From Geosiphon pyriformis uo1 (lineage: Eukaryota; Fungi; Glomeromycota), in assembly GCA_016748015.1 (NCBI GenBank), contig JAAOMT010000094.1:1-64000 (forward strand): 64,000 bases of DNA, given 5' to 3'. Shown here piece after piece: positions 13,454-27,587 of the stretch (the stretch's first letter is position 1; each line of letters begins with the position of its first letter). Under the pieces are notes generated by a model, which saw only the letters and a list, made by a program, of their open reading frames with translations, was not told where the DNA came from and made no database searches. A program made the translations under genes and the position numbers.

Positions 13454-14760
13454 ATGTATAAAATTCTCAATACAACCAACGTTTTATTAATCCTATTGAT
13501 ATTTTCGATTAGTGGAAAATCACAACGATTAATTGATCTTACACGGGATATTGATTTTTTTCGAACATTAAGGTTGGCGGCACATAACTCAAATCTTATT
13601 TATTGCGTGGGGGATGAAGATGACGAACAATATTTTCGCTTTATGAAAGGTATTAATTAATTAATTTAGATTTTGAGAATTTAAAAAAGCTCATTTAATT
13701 AATTTTGTTATTCTATCTTGAAGTTAAAATTGCAGTAGATAAATTCAGCAGATCAATGATTGTTTCTTTTAAGGGTAACAAAAATTTATATAAATCAAAA
13801 TTTTTATCATCATAGAATAACAATATTCTAATGAAAATGAGGAATCAAATCATGAATTATTTAATTTGCTGATCAAAGGACGTGAGCTGACAAAAGATCA
13901 ATGGGCAAATCAAAGCACTCAACTGATAGCCTATGAAGCAAATGGATCTCGATCCAATCAATTGATTTTGGTCGAGAAAGATTGGCACTACTCCGTGGGT
14001 TGTCTAATAAATCGCCAATTGAGAATATCCTTTTTGTGGGACATTCAATTGGTGGTGGTACGTTTTTAAAATGAAAAAAGGTTTATAAAAATTCAAATGA
14101 AAAATTATTAAAATTTCCCAAAAAAATTTACAGCTTATGCAACAATCGCTGGACTGACATGGACATTGGAAACATCTCTAATCGACAGGCGTAACGAATT
14201 TCCTTTAATAAAATTTTCTACTGTGAAAATTTCTGCTATTACATTTGGTGCCCCGAGGGTTGGTAACCGTATATTTGCCCGAGTGGTAAACCAACTATTA
14301 AAAGTTAAAAGAATCACCTATTTTAACGATCACGTTCCACATTTTCCTCCGCGTGAGGTTGGAAATAATCTTTTGGAACATTTTGAGACAGAGTATTGGA
14401 TTTTGCCATGTGAATGTTCACCGGGAAAAAATGATGAAAATTATTTATTTTATGAGTGTAAGGGTTTTGAATATCCCAAAAAAAGTCAGAAATACGATGA
14501 TCAGCTTACTTTCAAACTCTTGTTCCCGTATGGGGACTCGGTCACCTCTGGAGAAAATGAGGTTAGTCTTGATTAATATTTTTATTGATGGATAGATGTT
14601 CAGTTAAAGCAACTTAATTTTTTATCATTTTTAATTTTCAAAGAATTGTAATGCTGGCCAGTCAATAAATGATGTAACGGGTAATTTTATACATAAAGGA
14701 CCATATTTTGGTATAAAAATGAATGATTGTAGTCTGAATAATATTCAAATAAATCTTTGA
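13454..14760 (+). pseudogene. Class 3 lipase paralogue A (signal peptide; intact GHSIG nucleophile elbow but apparently frameshifted)
   Basis: Five exons. Motifs SFKG, FVGHSIGG|AYA, ITFGAPRVGN, DHVPHFPP, EYW..CEC and HKGPYFG..C. In exon 3 the frame shifts near 14000, between KDWHYSV and NILFVGHS, with an apparent deletion. Confidence 0.75.
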
Positions 14761-15484
14761 TGTTTAATTTTTAAGAGAGATACTTTTTTGAAATTTCAAC
14801 TTTATAAAAAATACTTTTTAAAAATAACAAAAATTTGGAAACTTTTTAAATTCTATATAAAATTTTAATTTTGCATATCATTTTTGTTGAGAAATTTAAA
14901 AAAAAAAACTTTATATCTTTATTAATTTTAAATTCCGAACATAAAATACTTCAAATTAAACAAAAATATTTAAGATTTTATCATTAAATTTTGATAGCAA
15001 ACTAAGCTTTTTAATAGCTTAGAGATATGTAATAATTTTTTAAATAAAAACAAAATGATAAAAAACAAATATAAAAAATTATTGAAATTCAAAATTTTAT
15101 TATTTGGAAATTCAAATAAAATTTTTATAAAATTTTGGCTTCAAAAAAGAAATCAAAGGTTTTCATTATTTCAAATAACTTGAAAGTTTATGAAATCTGC
15201 ATATTTTATTTAAGAAATTTTTGATATCATTTTTCCTATTGATCACAAAATGAATATCATTCTAATTAATTTAAAATCAAGATCCTTTTAAATTCTGAAA
15301 AACCCATAATTAAAAATCATAAAAAAATTCTCAACAAATATAAATTATTTTTTCAACAAAAATTTAAATAAAGGTGTATACTAAAAGATTTGAAAATATG
15401 TTTTTACACAGACAAAATCTAAAAAAAAAATTGAATAAAAACCTAATATAATTTAGAATTTATATTTTAGTTGCTAAATTGGAT

Positions 15485-16105
15485 TCAAAGATAGGGATTT
15501 GATACTGCCATTAATAAATGTGGCTGAAATCCTGGATTTTCGATTGCTTGGTTGTTTCCTATATTCCTCTGAATATTAGTGGCCTTTGCTGAAAGGTGAT
15601 GTAAAATAAATATAATAGTTAAAAGTATTAAAATAATAAAAACAAGTGTGGCTTCAATTATAAGTCCTAGGTTTGTGTGAGAATCTATTTTATCATGATG
15701 AAGTTTCTGTGCTTGTAGTGTTTTCAGTGGGTAATGAAGCTACATAATTTTTTAGCCACTTAAAAGTTCCATTGGATATATCAAATATTCTTATTTCCTT
15801 GCTCGAGTTATACACTGACTCTTTCTCATTATAGAGCCTTATAATTTAATAGAATTTTTATGATATTTAATTGTAGTAAATTAAAAAAAAATTATCCTAA
15901 ATAAACTTATCAAATGCAATTATCATCAAATTTTGATATCTTATAGCGGTATGATAAGAGAGCACAGATATATCGTTAGAAAGTAATTTTACATTAGGTA
16001 CTGACCATGTAAATTTTTTTGTATTCAAAACTATTAGAGAATAATTTGGACGGGTGAAATTGTTATGACCCCCATAAATTATGATATTATATTCATCAGC
16101 AGCTA
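15485..16105 (-). pseudogene. Kelch/galactose-oxidase-like repeat plus transmembrane protein, C-terminal pseudogene fragment
   Basis: Minus strand IIIYGGH...LIVLNTKKFTWSVP...LSYHTAIRYQNLMIIAF, then IRIFDIS..FKW, a Ser/Thr-rich stalk and a hydrophobic LGLIIEATLVFIILILLTIIFIL. Donor mutated to ATAAG; tandem stops before the TM segment. Confidence 0.75.
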
Positions 16106-17619
16106 AATAAATATTTAATAATAAAAAATACTAAAAAAAATGTTTTTATCTCCAAAGCAACAAAGAAAATCTAAATATCAATCAAGAAAATAGAAAAATA
16201 TTGAAAGATAATAAAAAAAATATTGGAGAATAATAAAAAATAAGATACTTGAACAAAAGCAACCAGTGATATTGCGAGCAATATTGAATCTTTTTAATAT
16301 ATAAAATAATAATAATTTTTCTTATGAATCAGATTCTAAAACTTGGTAAAATACCAACCAAATTAAATAAAAACTCCAGCAATTATAAAATAAATTAAAA
16401 TCAACATAAAAAAAATATATTAGTAAATAAATACAACAAAAAGCAAGCAATTTTTAAATTTCTTTAACATTTAGAGAAATATAGTTATGGCAAAATAAAT
16501 GCTAGTTTAATAGTTATTTTTATTAATGATAAAATTTGGCATGCATAATAAATTAGATATTTGATAAATTATTGAATAATTAATAATACATTGCTAATAT
16601 CACATCAAGAAAAAAACAAAAAAATAATTTGATTAATTAAAGATAAAAATGTAGTTTTACATTGCGAAAAATGGTTAAGAACACAAAATTTTATGTTACT
16701 TTAATAATAAAGTTTATTAATAAATATATAAGAATTGCAAAGAAAAAATCTATTGCAATTAGAACTGCTTTATGTTAGTTTTAAATATATTAAGTTATAA
16801 ATTTAAAAAACACTATTAAAAAAAAATTTTTATAATGATCATAAAAGACCAGATGTTATCTCATATAATATAAAGAATTTTTAAATCAGATAGAAAAATA
16901 TGATTAGAGTTTTTGCCCATTTTTTAAGATAAATAAAAAGAATATATATTAATAACACATGATGAGTGTATATTTTATTTCGATGATAGCAAAAAAAGAA
17001 TTTAGGTTAAAAATAGAGAATTGTCATTATACAAAAAAGGAAATGGAAGATTAAAGTAAAATTCGGTGTATTTGATATGTTTCTTTTTTTTTAATATTAA
17101 TTATTTGTAATAAGATTACATTAAGCATAAATAATTTTTTTTGTTTTACCTTTCTTCTATTAATAATAAGTTTTATATATTATGCCCAATTTTAAAATAA
17201 TTTTATTTGTCTACAATATTGATAGAAATAGATCAAATACTTGTCGTATTGATCGTAGTAACACTATCGGAATCGATTTAAAAATAATTAATCCTTTTAA
17301 ATAATGGTTTCTTAAATGTCAGATTTTGAACTATTTAAATAGTACACAATTTTTCTTTACACTAATAATATTATAAAAAAATATTCTGTCAAGTATTACC
17401 AAGTAAAATTATGAACCATACATTAACATTTTATATGTTGCCAAATATTAAAAATATGACTTTCAGCTTAAAGCGATTTCTATTTAAGAGCTACCAGTTT
17501 GAACTCAAAACTCAACTCGCAATTGAACAGATTTGTTCTTTAAATATATTTCCACTTATAAGTAGATTGATTTTCATATATTTCAAATTTTCTTCTTCTA
17601 AATATATACTTAAAAAAAT

Positions 17620-17859
17620 ATGGCAGCGATAAATCAACAACAAATTCAAGATAATAATCCTCAAAGGAATAATAACTTGGTCATTCCGCCACTACAAAGA
17701 GAAATAAATGTAAATATCGAAACGCATACCGTTGATGGATGCAGTAATATTTTTTTCCAACCACGTTCAGAAGATGGCAATTTTCGATTGCAACAACAAA
17801 CCATAACAGTTGAGTTAACTAGCACCTTTGCCGTAATTGCTAGTCAATCTTTTCTTTAA
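17620..17859 (+). CDS. Possible small hypothetical protein (79 aa, Q/N-rich N-terminus)
   Basis: ATG-started ORF with higher GC than its flanks; no recognised domain. Confidence 0.3.
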   Translation: MAAINQQQIQDNNPQRNNNLVIPPLQREINVNIETHTVDGCSNIFFQPRSEDGNFRLQQQTITVELTSTFAVIASQSFL

Positions 17860-19547
17860 AGGTAATTTTAAAATTCTTATTGACACTCTATCTATTGCTA
17901 AATAAAACTCATCATTTTTATGTTAATTATATCTCTCAAATTAATACATCTTTTTTTTTTAAAAAAACTATGACTCGAAATATTTCTTTTAGAGCAATTT
18001 GCTTTCATACTAGCAAAAAATATTTTTCTTTTACAAATTACATGTTATCTTTTATATTTTACCCTTTATGCATATAAGATTACTAATAATAATAATCATA
18101 AATATCTTCACATTTGATAGCTTTTTCTATTTTTTATTTTCAAGACAAATTATTTTCTTTTTATCCATACCTTAAATAGCTTTTAAAACGTTAAATTTTA
18201 TTTTCTGCTTGTTTCATACAATTTTTTTTTCCTTTTCTTTCTTTATTTCTTATTCTAATACAAAGTGCGCCAAAGAAAGCTTTTTTTTTATGAGTCTCTA
18301 GGGTTTATATTCAAATATTTTATGTTTTAATTATTTTAAGATTAAGAATTACTATTAAAGAGCGATTATAGAAGTTAACAAAAAAATTATGTTGAGTTTA
18401 GTTTTAAAAGAGCATAAGTTTGTTACTAAACTTATAATTAATTAATTAAAATATTTTAGTAGATTTTCTTTTATCTAAAGAATAATTTTATTAGTTTTCT
18501 GTATAAATCTCTTAAGAATTTTTAATATTGAGAGCATTTACTTTTTTTCTTTTATTTCAACGCTATATTATAAAAATTAGCAAATAAAGTGTAACAAAAA
18601 ATATTTAATTTTGCAAATTGATTACAAAGTTTATTAATATATATATAATTTAATATGCTTTTACTCTTAATGATTAACTTGCCAATGCCGTAAAATTGAA
18701 TTTACTAAATTGATTAGTATAATTTTTTGACAAAGAATACATATTTTTTAGTATTCGTTTTTCTACTTCACATTTTAACGATTGCTCATACATTTTCTGC
18801 AAGAAACATCTCGGCTACTCGAATTATATGCCTAGGGTTAATAACAATATTTCATGGCAATCGTAAATATTGGTTGAAGCACTTTGACAATTGAAAATTT
18901 AAAAAATAGCTAATTTTACAAGTATCAAAATCATCTTTTAACTTTTATTTTTGCTTGTTTCAAAGCAAACAATTAATGACACAAAGATTGTTTTCTTTTT
19001 AGTTTTACTCATTTCTCCGAAAACCTCAATTTTCATTTATAATTCTCTTGATAATACATGAGCAAAATTAAAACTCCAATTGAATAAACATCACCAATTT
19101 AATGATCCCAGACATCTACAGTATTCTCTTTCAAATTATGTTAGGATATTAAATATTTATGAATGAATGTTGTTTCATCTTGTATCCCAAAAAATTTAAT
19201 ATGAAACGTTTGATTTTGGTGTATCACGACAAAAAAAACGCCTAGTAGATGTATTGTTAAAATTTTTGTCAACATTGCAGATTCAAGTTTCACTAATTCA
19301 GCTTTTTTACATTTAGATCTCGTCAAATTTAAAGTTGCTACCATCTGGTGTTAGACTTATTATTCACTGGCTAACATTAAAAAATTATTTATAATTAGCG
19401 ACTTTCACAAAAGACTTGATATTTAATCTTATTGTTTATACCGAAAAAGGAGCATTTTGTACTATAATCAAAATTTTATCCCTGAAGCTTAAATTTTATA
19501 CGTGGCAAATTTACAATTACATAATAAACCAAATTGACTAATTAATT

Positions 19548-19667
19548 GAGTGTTTTGACACCATGTGGGTTATTACTAGCCAATTAACAAGAGGTTTGAC
19601 CCCATGTGGGTTATTACTAGCCAATTGATTCAGAGGTTTGACCCCATGTGAATTATTACTCGCCAAT
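19548..19667. repeat. Three-copy 41-42 bp tandem repeat
   Basis: Unit core TTTGAC(A/C)CCATGTG(GG/AA)TTATTACT(A/C)GCCAAT starts at 19554, 19595 and 19637. Confidence 0.9.
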
Positions 19668-20094
19668 CAGAAAGTGAATTAATTTAAATCCAATCAAATT
19701 AATTAAAAGTTATTCGTTGGCCTCTTTTTCGACTTATGCACAAAATGATGTTTTTGGATATAGTGCTGAATAAGGATGAAATTCTTTCTAGAAATGAGCT
19801 GTAGGGGGGAAATTTACAAATTTCCTGCAATAGCTTTCAAATTAATTTTTGTGAAATATTAATCGATTCAATGGCAAAAAGGGTTAAGGACGGGATAGAA
19901 GTAAAAAAAAAATGGAAATAAAGATTCTAGGTCTTAGTTTGGTAATATGTAATGTGTTGTTTTTAGCAACTTTAAAAATTTAATAAAGGAGAAACTTATT
20001 TTTAACTATTGTTTTTCATATAATTCACAATACATTAAACAAGATAAAATTTTATCTAAATAATATCAAAAATAAAAATTATACTAGATAACAT

Positions 20095-20131
<37 letters not shown>

Positions 20132-23100
20132 GAATGTATTTTATTACTCTTAGCCATGTACAATTCTTCAATGGAGAGATATATTCAAAAATTTGTATTC
20201 AGTTTTTTTTATAAATAACTATATATATATATAAGAATTATTACAATGTATATTTTTGAAATACATATTAAAAATTTCAAAGATGGTCAATTTCCAGAAA
20301 TTTTCAGAGTAACTATAAATCAATCGGCTGCAAAATTTCTTCTAATAATTAATGACCAGTTTTCTAATATAATTTTTTTCAAATTATTTTTAGATTGTCA
20401 AATTTAAAATAGGTCAAAGAAAAAACTCAAAAATTTTTAAAATTACTTTAAAAACCAGTCTTTAGGTATTAAAAAAAAATTTCTATTCAATTAATTTATA
20501 TCTAGTTTCAATATCATTTTTTGAAATATAATATGAAATATTTCTATTTCTAAGATATAAAATTTTATTTATGTATATTATGAAATTAAAATTTAAAATA
20601 AAATTAATTTCTAATAAGATTTATAATAAAATGAAAACAACCACAATAATTTCCGTAATTTATTCGTAGAAATTGAAAAAGAATACATTTAAATTGATTA
20701 ATAGTATCAGATTTCAAAATTTTCAGAATCAATTATTCTCAAGGTATTTTTTTATTTTAATGAGCAAATAAATTTTGTAAACTTTCAAAATGCAAAAATT
20801 AGTAATTCAATTTGTAACTAGTTGACTGATTTACAAAAAAATGATAGAAAGCAATAAAATATTTATAAAAAAAATTTGCTTTTAAGTTCAATAAAATAAT
20901 TCGTATTGAAAATATTTTATAATTTTAATTACAGAAAGAAATACTTAAATTAATAAGATAGATTTATTTACAAATTATTTAGGTAATCATTGATAAAATT
21001 AGTGCAAAATTTTTTCTCAGAATTTTTTTTTTTTCTTCGTTAAAGTTTAAGAAAAACTTCAGTTTGAAATGAAAAGTTTTAAAATATATAGATATCTTTT
21101 CAAGATAACAATTTTTAATATTAAAAATTGTGTAAAAAAAATGTAAAACATAATAATAGTTTTTACGAGAAAAATATCAATTAAAACGATAGCATAATTA
21201 AAACATGGAAATTTAAAACCACTTTTATAAAAATCTATTAAATACTATTTTCATAAATCTTTATTATTAATTTTTGAATAATTAAAATTAATTATTTTAT
21301 CAAAATTAAAAAATTATTAACAAATAAGAGGTATTTTACATTAAAATATGAAATTCTAGTAACTTTTTTTATATCAAAATTATATTTATTTTGTTTGCTC
21401 ATTTTGAATTTATTTTTATTTTTTGATCACCTTTTTCTTCAAAAAGTTTTAATAAACTAATTTCTTAATATGATTATTTTTAAATGAAAAAATTTTAACT
21501 TAATAAATTTTAATAATATTATTGCATTTTATATTATATAATATTTTATTTTATTTTAATTTAGAGCAAATTTTACAAAAATACCTGGTTGGACCACATT
21601 CGTTAATGCAAACCCTCCTCCCTCCCTTCCAAATTATTTTTTAAGAATAAATTTGAAATCTTGAAATGAAATGCCATTTAAAAAAAATATTTTTTTTATA
21701 TTTAATGTTAATAACAACAAGCAAAAAGTTAAAATAAAATAATAATACATATACATATTATATAGTTTTAAATTTAATATAATACAATAGAGATTTTTAA
21801 AAAATAATAATTTTTGGAATATATATATATTTTTGTACTTTTTCTATATTAAAATAAACGAAAACTGGTCATTATTGTATCAAAAAATAAACATACTTTA
21901 TTAAATATTAAAAATACAATGATTTTAATTTTTAAGAACAATTTTTATTGAAAGTTTTTAAAGAATTTATGATAATAATAATTAATGTTTAAAAATAATC
22001 CAGATAAAACCACACATAGATTTAAATCTACAAAAAAAAATTTGTTTAAAATATGAGTAATTAGGATATTTAAAACATGGTACATATTATTATTAGATCA
22101 ATTTAAAATTAACTAGTTATAATTATTACTTAATATAAGTAATTTTTTAAGTTAAAGTAAATTAAACATATTATTTATAAATACTATTTGTTGTGAAAAA
22201 GTAAGTACTTTACTAAAAGTTTATTTTTCCTAAAAATATAATAAATAATTAGTTTTAAACTTCAAAATAGTTTTATTTTAAATTTTATTAACAATAATGT
22301 AAACAGCAAAAACCAAATAATTTATAATATATTGCTTTTATTAATAGCATCAAAGCTTTGTTATATATAATAGTTATAATTAGTAAATTTTGTTAATTTT
22401 TGTAGATTCATGATAAATAATTAAATTATAAAACAGTTTTATAAATTAGTAAGTACTTAATAACATGTGTAAAGTCAAAAAATTTTTTATATCTATATAA
22501 TTATAAAGATTAAGGTTTAATCATCAATTATTAACTTTTCAAAAAATATTTTCTTTATAATAATATATAACCAAATAATTTAATTTAGAATTCAGAATTA
22601 GAATCTTGTTAAATATGATAATAAAGAAAGTAATTATTTTGTAAGATTTTTAAAAATTTAAAATTAATTAAAACTTGGTAAATTAATAACTAAACTTTGC
22701 CAAATAATAATAAAAAATAAATTAATTTTGGTTAAAAATTATTAAAAACAATATATTTTAATTACAAAAACACAATAAGTTATACAAGATTTATACAAAT
22801 AAACTATTCAAATAAACTAAGATAAGAGTTTTAAAATAAATAGAATTTTGTATAATAAAATTTTAATATTTAATTTTTGTTAAAATTATATAGTTTATTA
22901 ATAAGATAAAGATAAAGATAAAGATAAAGATAAAGAAACTAAATAATAAAAAGCTGTTTTTTTTGCAATACTATTTTTTCAAATTATAAGTTATATTTAT
23001 TTTACATAATAAATTATTTACTTTTTAATTTATTTCATAATTATTATTAAATTAGTTATGTGGTTTGATATTATAATATTACATGTTACCTAATTCTGAT

Positions 23101-23943
23101 AATACAAAAGCATTATAAAGATTTTTTTGAATTGACAAAGCATCATAATATTATTATTCTTAAATTTGAATTATATTTCTAAATGCAGTTTCATATTTGA
23201 ATAAGTTTTCATGGCAAGAGAACCTCTAGTTTAAAAAACAAAAGAATTAATGAGATTTCTTACCTTAATATATTGTTAGAAAAATCGAAAAAAAAATTTT
23301 TTTCTTAAAATGCAGATGAAACCCTTTATTCGATTATTCTAAAGTTTGAAATGAAAAGTTGCCAATTTAACCTTCTTTTTGAGAAATATTTATAAGAGAT
23401 AAACGATATTTATTTATACGATAATTTTCAGATTAGGCTAATATTATAAAACTATTAATAAAAGTGTGATAATGAATAAACTTTTTTCATAGATATATAA
23501 CAACTTTTGAATCAAATATTTAATAACAGCCGGTAAATTTAATTATAAGATCGTTTCAATAAGAGGTTGGTGAAGCGATCTTAAGGCAAAACCAAAATTC
23601 TGTATAAAAATTTTCAAAATATATATGAAAAATTATAAATCAAGGATTGGAAAGGAAGTGAGATGGTTTTTTCAATTGATCTAACTTCATTAATCAAAAA
23701 TTGAAATTTTCTTTCAACTAAAATGCATTCAAAAATGAGTTGTAAACTACAAATTAATGATATAGTATTTTTTTTTAAATAATATTAATATTACTAAGAA
23801 AAACATATTAAAAGTTATAAGAAAAATATTCTTTAATAATTTTTAGATAAATGAATCATTAAATATCCTATTTAGTATGTGAGAAATATTAACCTCACTT
23901 GAAGTCTTAGTTTTCGGAAATGGGAAAGATTTGAAGCTTTAGC

Positions 23944-24024
23944 GCTCGTGACAAATCCACTGGTGAAATCTTCGCACTGAAAAAATTAAAATTGGACAAG
24001 GAGAAAAATGGATTTCCAATTACA
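23944..24024 (+). pseudogene. Isolated CDK11/CDK10-type (PITSLRE) kinase exon fragment
   Basis: Translates [27 protein letters not shown] (kinase subdomain II up to the PITSLRE helix). Preceded by a TTTAG acceptor; breaks off before SLRE. Confidence 0.85.
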
Positions 24025-25656
24025 TATTTCCTCTTATTACTTCTTGATAAGTGACGTATCGAACATTATCTGTACTGGCATTTTCACAATCCATAAAATT
24101 TTTTCCAAAATATGGTCCATGACGAAACTCTTCATCATCCATAATTGAAATAGATCTAAGAATTTTAAGGTCATGATCACGATTATTGCATTCCTAGAAA
24201 TCTTAAACCATTAATAGAGCATAAATATTACAAAAATATTTTGGAAAAATTGAAATTCTAATTGGTACCGGATGTTCCTTGAAAGAATGTGTGTTAAAGC
24301 ACTTGTACATAATTGGGTAGACATTTTTCGAACATGCACAATTTGTTTCACCTTGGATCCAAAACTCTGGTTTAAAATGTGCGTATTCTTCATACGCTGA
24401 CACCGTTATACTACTCAATCTTCTGTTCTCATCATTCCACTTGGAAAATGCTCTTATTCCTTTTATGGGTGTTAATGGTATTAAATCATCTGCAAATGTG
24501 ACTCGAAAAATCTGGAAATTCGGTTTCAATTGAGAATTCTAGTAAGATATTTGAAATTTTAACCTAAAAATCAATATATATATATATATATATATAATAT
24601 ATTTACTTCAAGTTTAGACTGAGCAAAAGCAGTAAAAATTTCATTTCCTATTCTGGGCTGGCCGAAAGTAACAAGAATTGGTTTCTTTTTCGGTTGATAC
24701 CTTTCTGAAAATTCAAGAGCAGCAAAGATTGCATAGGCTAATTTTGAAAAGAAAACAATTTAGATATGAAAATCAAATCATAATATGGTTTTAGTTTTTA
24801 TTTATTTTTCTTTGTTAAAAGAAAATAAAAATAAAAAAATAAAAATAAAAATAAAAAACTTACCATTGCTTTCACCAAATCCGGTAAATTCAAAGTCAGA
24901 AAAGTCAGGCTGGATCAATAAAGTTTTCAAATAGATTTTAAAATCGTGGAAAAAATTTATTTCGGTATATTTTTTCCATTTTAGATAATAACGTTCAACA
25001 ATCCAGGCACCAGGTACATTAGGAAATTGAATAACTCGATTATGGTGGCTTGTGCTGAATGCTAAACTTGTAAACTTGTGAAAAATGGCCATTGCAAAAC
25101 TAAATGTAATTTTCTTTTGATCATGTGCTAAAAAAGAAGCCGAAACCCTATTTTTGACTGGTACAAGAACAGTCTTCAATTGTATTAGGATGTAAAAAAA
25201 AAAAAAAAAAAAGAAGTTAATCTTTGAAAAATTCTTATATTTACTTTCACCCCGATTATATAGATATTTTAGATGGCAATGGGCTGTCCAAGCTAAATTT
25301 GCTTTGCTAGCAAAAAATTCCAAGAGATTTTCATCCTCAACTAGAATTTTTTTAAATAAAGGACCAAGTGAGTTCCTTTTTATGGAAGAGTTTTTTTCAT
25401 GTATATTTTTTAAGTTTTCATTTTTTGAAATCAGCCAATTCTCGGTTAAATTTTTTTTAGCCAATGAAATCGATTGGGAATGATTAAAATTTGGTTTATT
25501 TGGTATTAAATAATCATGGTTTAATAGTTTTGGAAGAGACAAAATTTTTTTGAAAAGGATAAAAAGATTAATAATGATGATTTGTGCGATCAAAAATTGC
25601 TTAAAAGCCTTTTTGGATTCTTGAAAAGATAGATTTTTATTTCGAAAAATAATCAT
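24020..25656 (-). CDS. Class 3 lipase-like paralogue B (nucleophile motif degenerate: FTGFGESN|AYA)
   Basis: N-terminal hydrophobic anchor, then [27 protein letters not shown]...CAC and HGPYFG..C, with GT-AG introns. The splicing around 24530-24620 is uncertain. Confidence 0.75.
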
Positions 25657-25954
25657 TTTTTGGTTAAAATATTTCAAGTTTGGGAAAAGAATGAGTCAAT
25701 ATATAATTTTTCTTGACATTATTTTATTTTTATTTTCATCATTTGTATTGTTGATAGATATACAAACATTTTCATACAAATAAATTTCAAAAGAATAGCT
25801 TCGAAACATTTTTTTGATTTATTTTTGGGATACTTGAGAATTTTTTACTTTTTAAATTAAATTTAAAAATGTTTTATCTATTTAAAATCTCATTTTTTTC
25901 TCTATTAATTCTAATTTCTTATCTTTATAAAATTAAATTGATTACAGCCAAAGA

Positions 25955-26000
<46 letters not shown>

Positions 26001-26927
26001 TTATCAACATTTAAAAGAGAAAATTTACTTCAAGAAATTGAATAATATATATCTCAAAATGATTTCAAGACCTGCCTTTTCTCAAACCAAAAACATTTTA
26101 TTCACTGAGGTTATTCAAAAAAAAAGGAATATTTTTACTAACCCTTTACTATATATATATATATATATCGAGTACTAATAATGTGTAAAGTTTAACCTTT
26201 TGTAAAAGAGATTATTGGAAAAGTAAAATATTTTGCATGAATTCAGCTTCCAATATAGATTTTGCATGGATTGCATCTTGTCAACAAATTATTCAAACTA
26301 ATGAAAAATTTCTCCTTTATCAAAAAACAGTAATTTTATTTTAGAAAAAAGTAAAAGGCTTTGAAATAACAAATAATCTTACAAATAGCCTAACCTTTAC
26401 CCGGAGTTCGGATTTGGAACTAGTAAATTAAAATTTATTCTTTGATAAATTATCAGTTTTAGTCATTGCAGTACTTGTTGCACTTGAATATATATAAAAG
26501 GAAACATCTGAAAATATCAATAACTCATTACCTTTGGCCAACCACGAGTTGGGGATTAATTATTTGTGTATGTATTACACGGAAAAATTGCTCCAAAGAC
26601 TTGATTGTGTTTTCATACAGTTACTTTACATTAACGTGAGGTAATTTTTTTTTTTGAATTTCTCCTCCGAATTTATTGATCTACTATCCTAGATTCACAA
26701 CAACAAACCATTTTATAAGAGAAACCATCATTTATCCGGGAACCAAATTAAGAGATTCTTAAAATAGTTAGAAAAAATGAGATCCTGATGATTGTCATAT
26801 TTGGTGGTGCCACACCATGTTTCAAAATTGAAATTGAATGGGTTATACTTTTTTGAAATCCCGTTTTTAAGATCAAACAAATTGAAATTTTTTTTCAAAA
26901 TCAATATTTGATATGACGAATTAAAGT

Positions 26928-26931
<4 letters not shown>

Positions 26932-26963
<32 letters not shown>

Positions 26964-27019
26964 ACTCACTCTCACTCTCTCTCTCACTCTCTCACTCTCA
27001 CTCTCACTCTCTCTCTCTC
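26932..27019. repeat. (TC)n/(TCAC)n microsatellite
   Basis: Directly visible. Confidence 0.95.
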
Positions 27020-27285
27020 TTAAAAATTAAAATAGAAAACTCTCTTTAGAATTATTTTTTAAAATATTAATTCTATTAGATTTACGGAACATACGTTAAT
27101 TTTACACTGATATTGTAATTACCGTTGAGAAATGATGTTTACTTTTGAATAATAAAATTTAAAATTTTTAAATGTGGTCATAAAATTTTATATTTTCAAC
27201 TGTACAGTATACTGTATATAGAACCTAAATTTTGAATATATATATATAAATAAAAAGGTTAATTTTTTTTGCAAAAATACTTTTT

Positions 27286-27325
<40 letters not shown>

Positions 27326-27587
27326 TTATTATTAACATTTTCAATGTTAGAAAAAAGAGACATTATCCCCAGTTATCGAATTAAAATTTATTAAATTTAC
27401 TAAATTTGGTAACGAGTTTTTTCTTCACTTTTGATTTTCACTTTTAAAGATTTTGATAAGATAATCTCTCATGAAAATTGATTATTGTTATTCCGAAAAA
27501 GATGAAGATAATTTATTTTTTAAAATCTTATTATTACATTCATATTCCCGAGTTTGAAACCATAATGTTTAAGCAAAAAAAAAAAAA

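Noticed and set aside
19548-19667. CRISPR-like array
   Set aside because: Linkers are only about 10 nt and similar to each other, there are three units, no cas genes are present and the context is eukaryotic.
20000-23800. Genes or structured elements in extreme AT tracts (also 31900-33050 and 52500-54250)
   Set aside because: No recoverable motifs; probably terminally eroded repeats.
26200-26961. ORF 26728..26961 and nearby coding-like patches
   Set aside because: The ORF start is made by the TC microsatellite (RERERE). No domain is recognisable; it may be a pseudogene but I cannot support a call.
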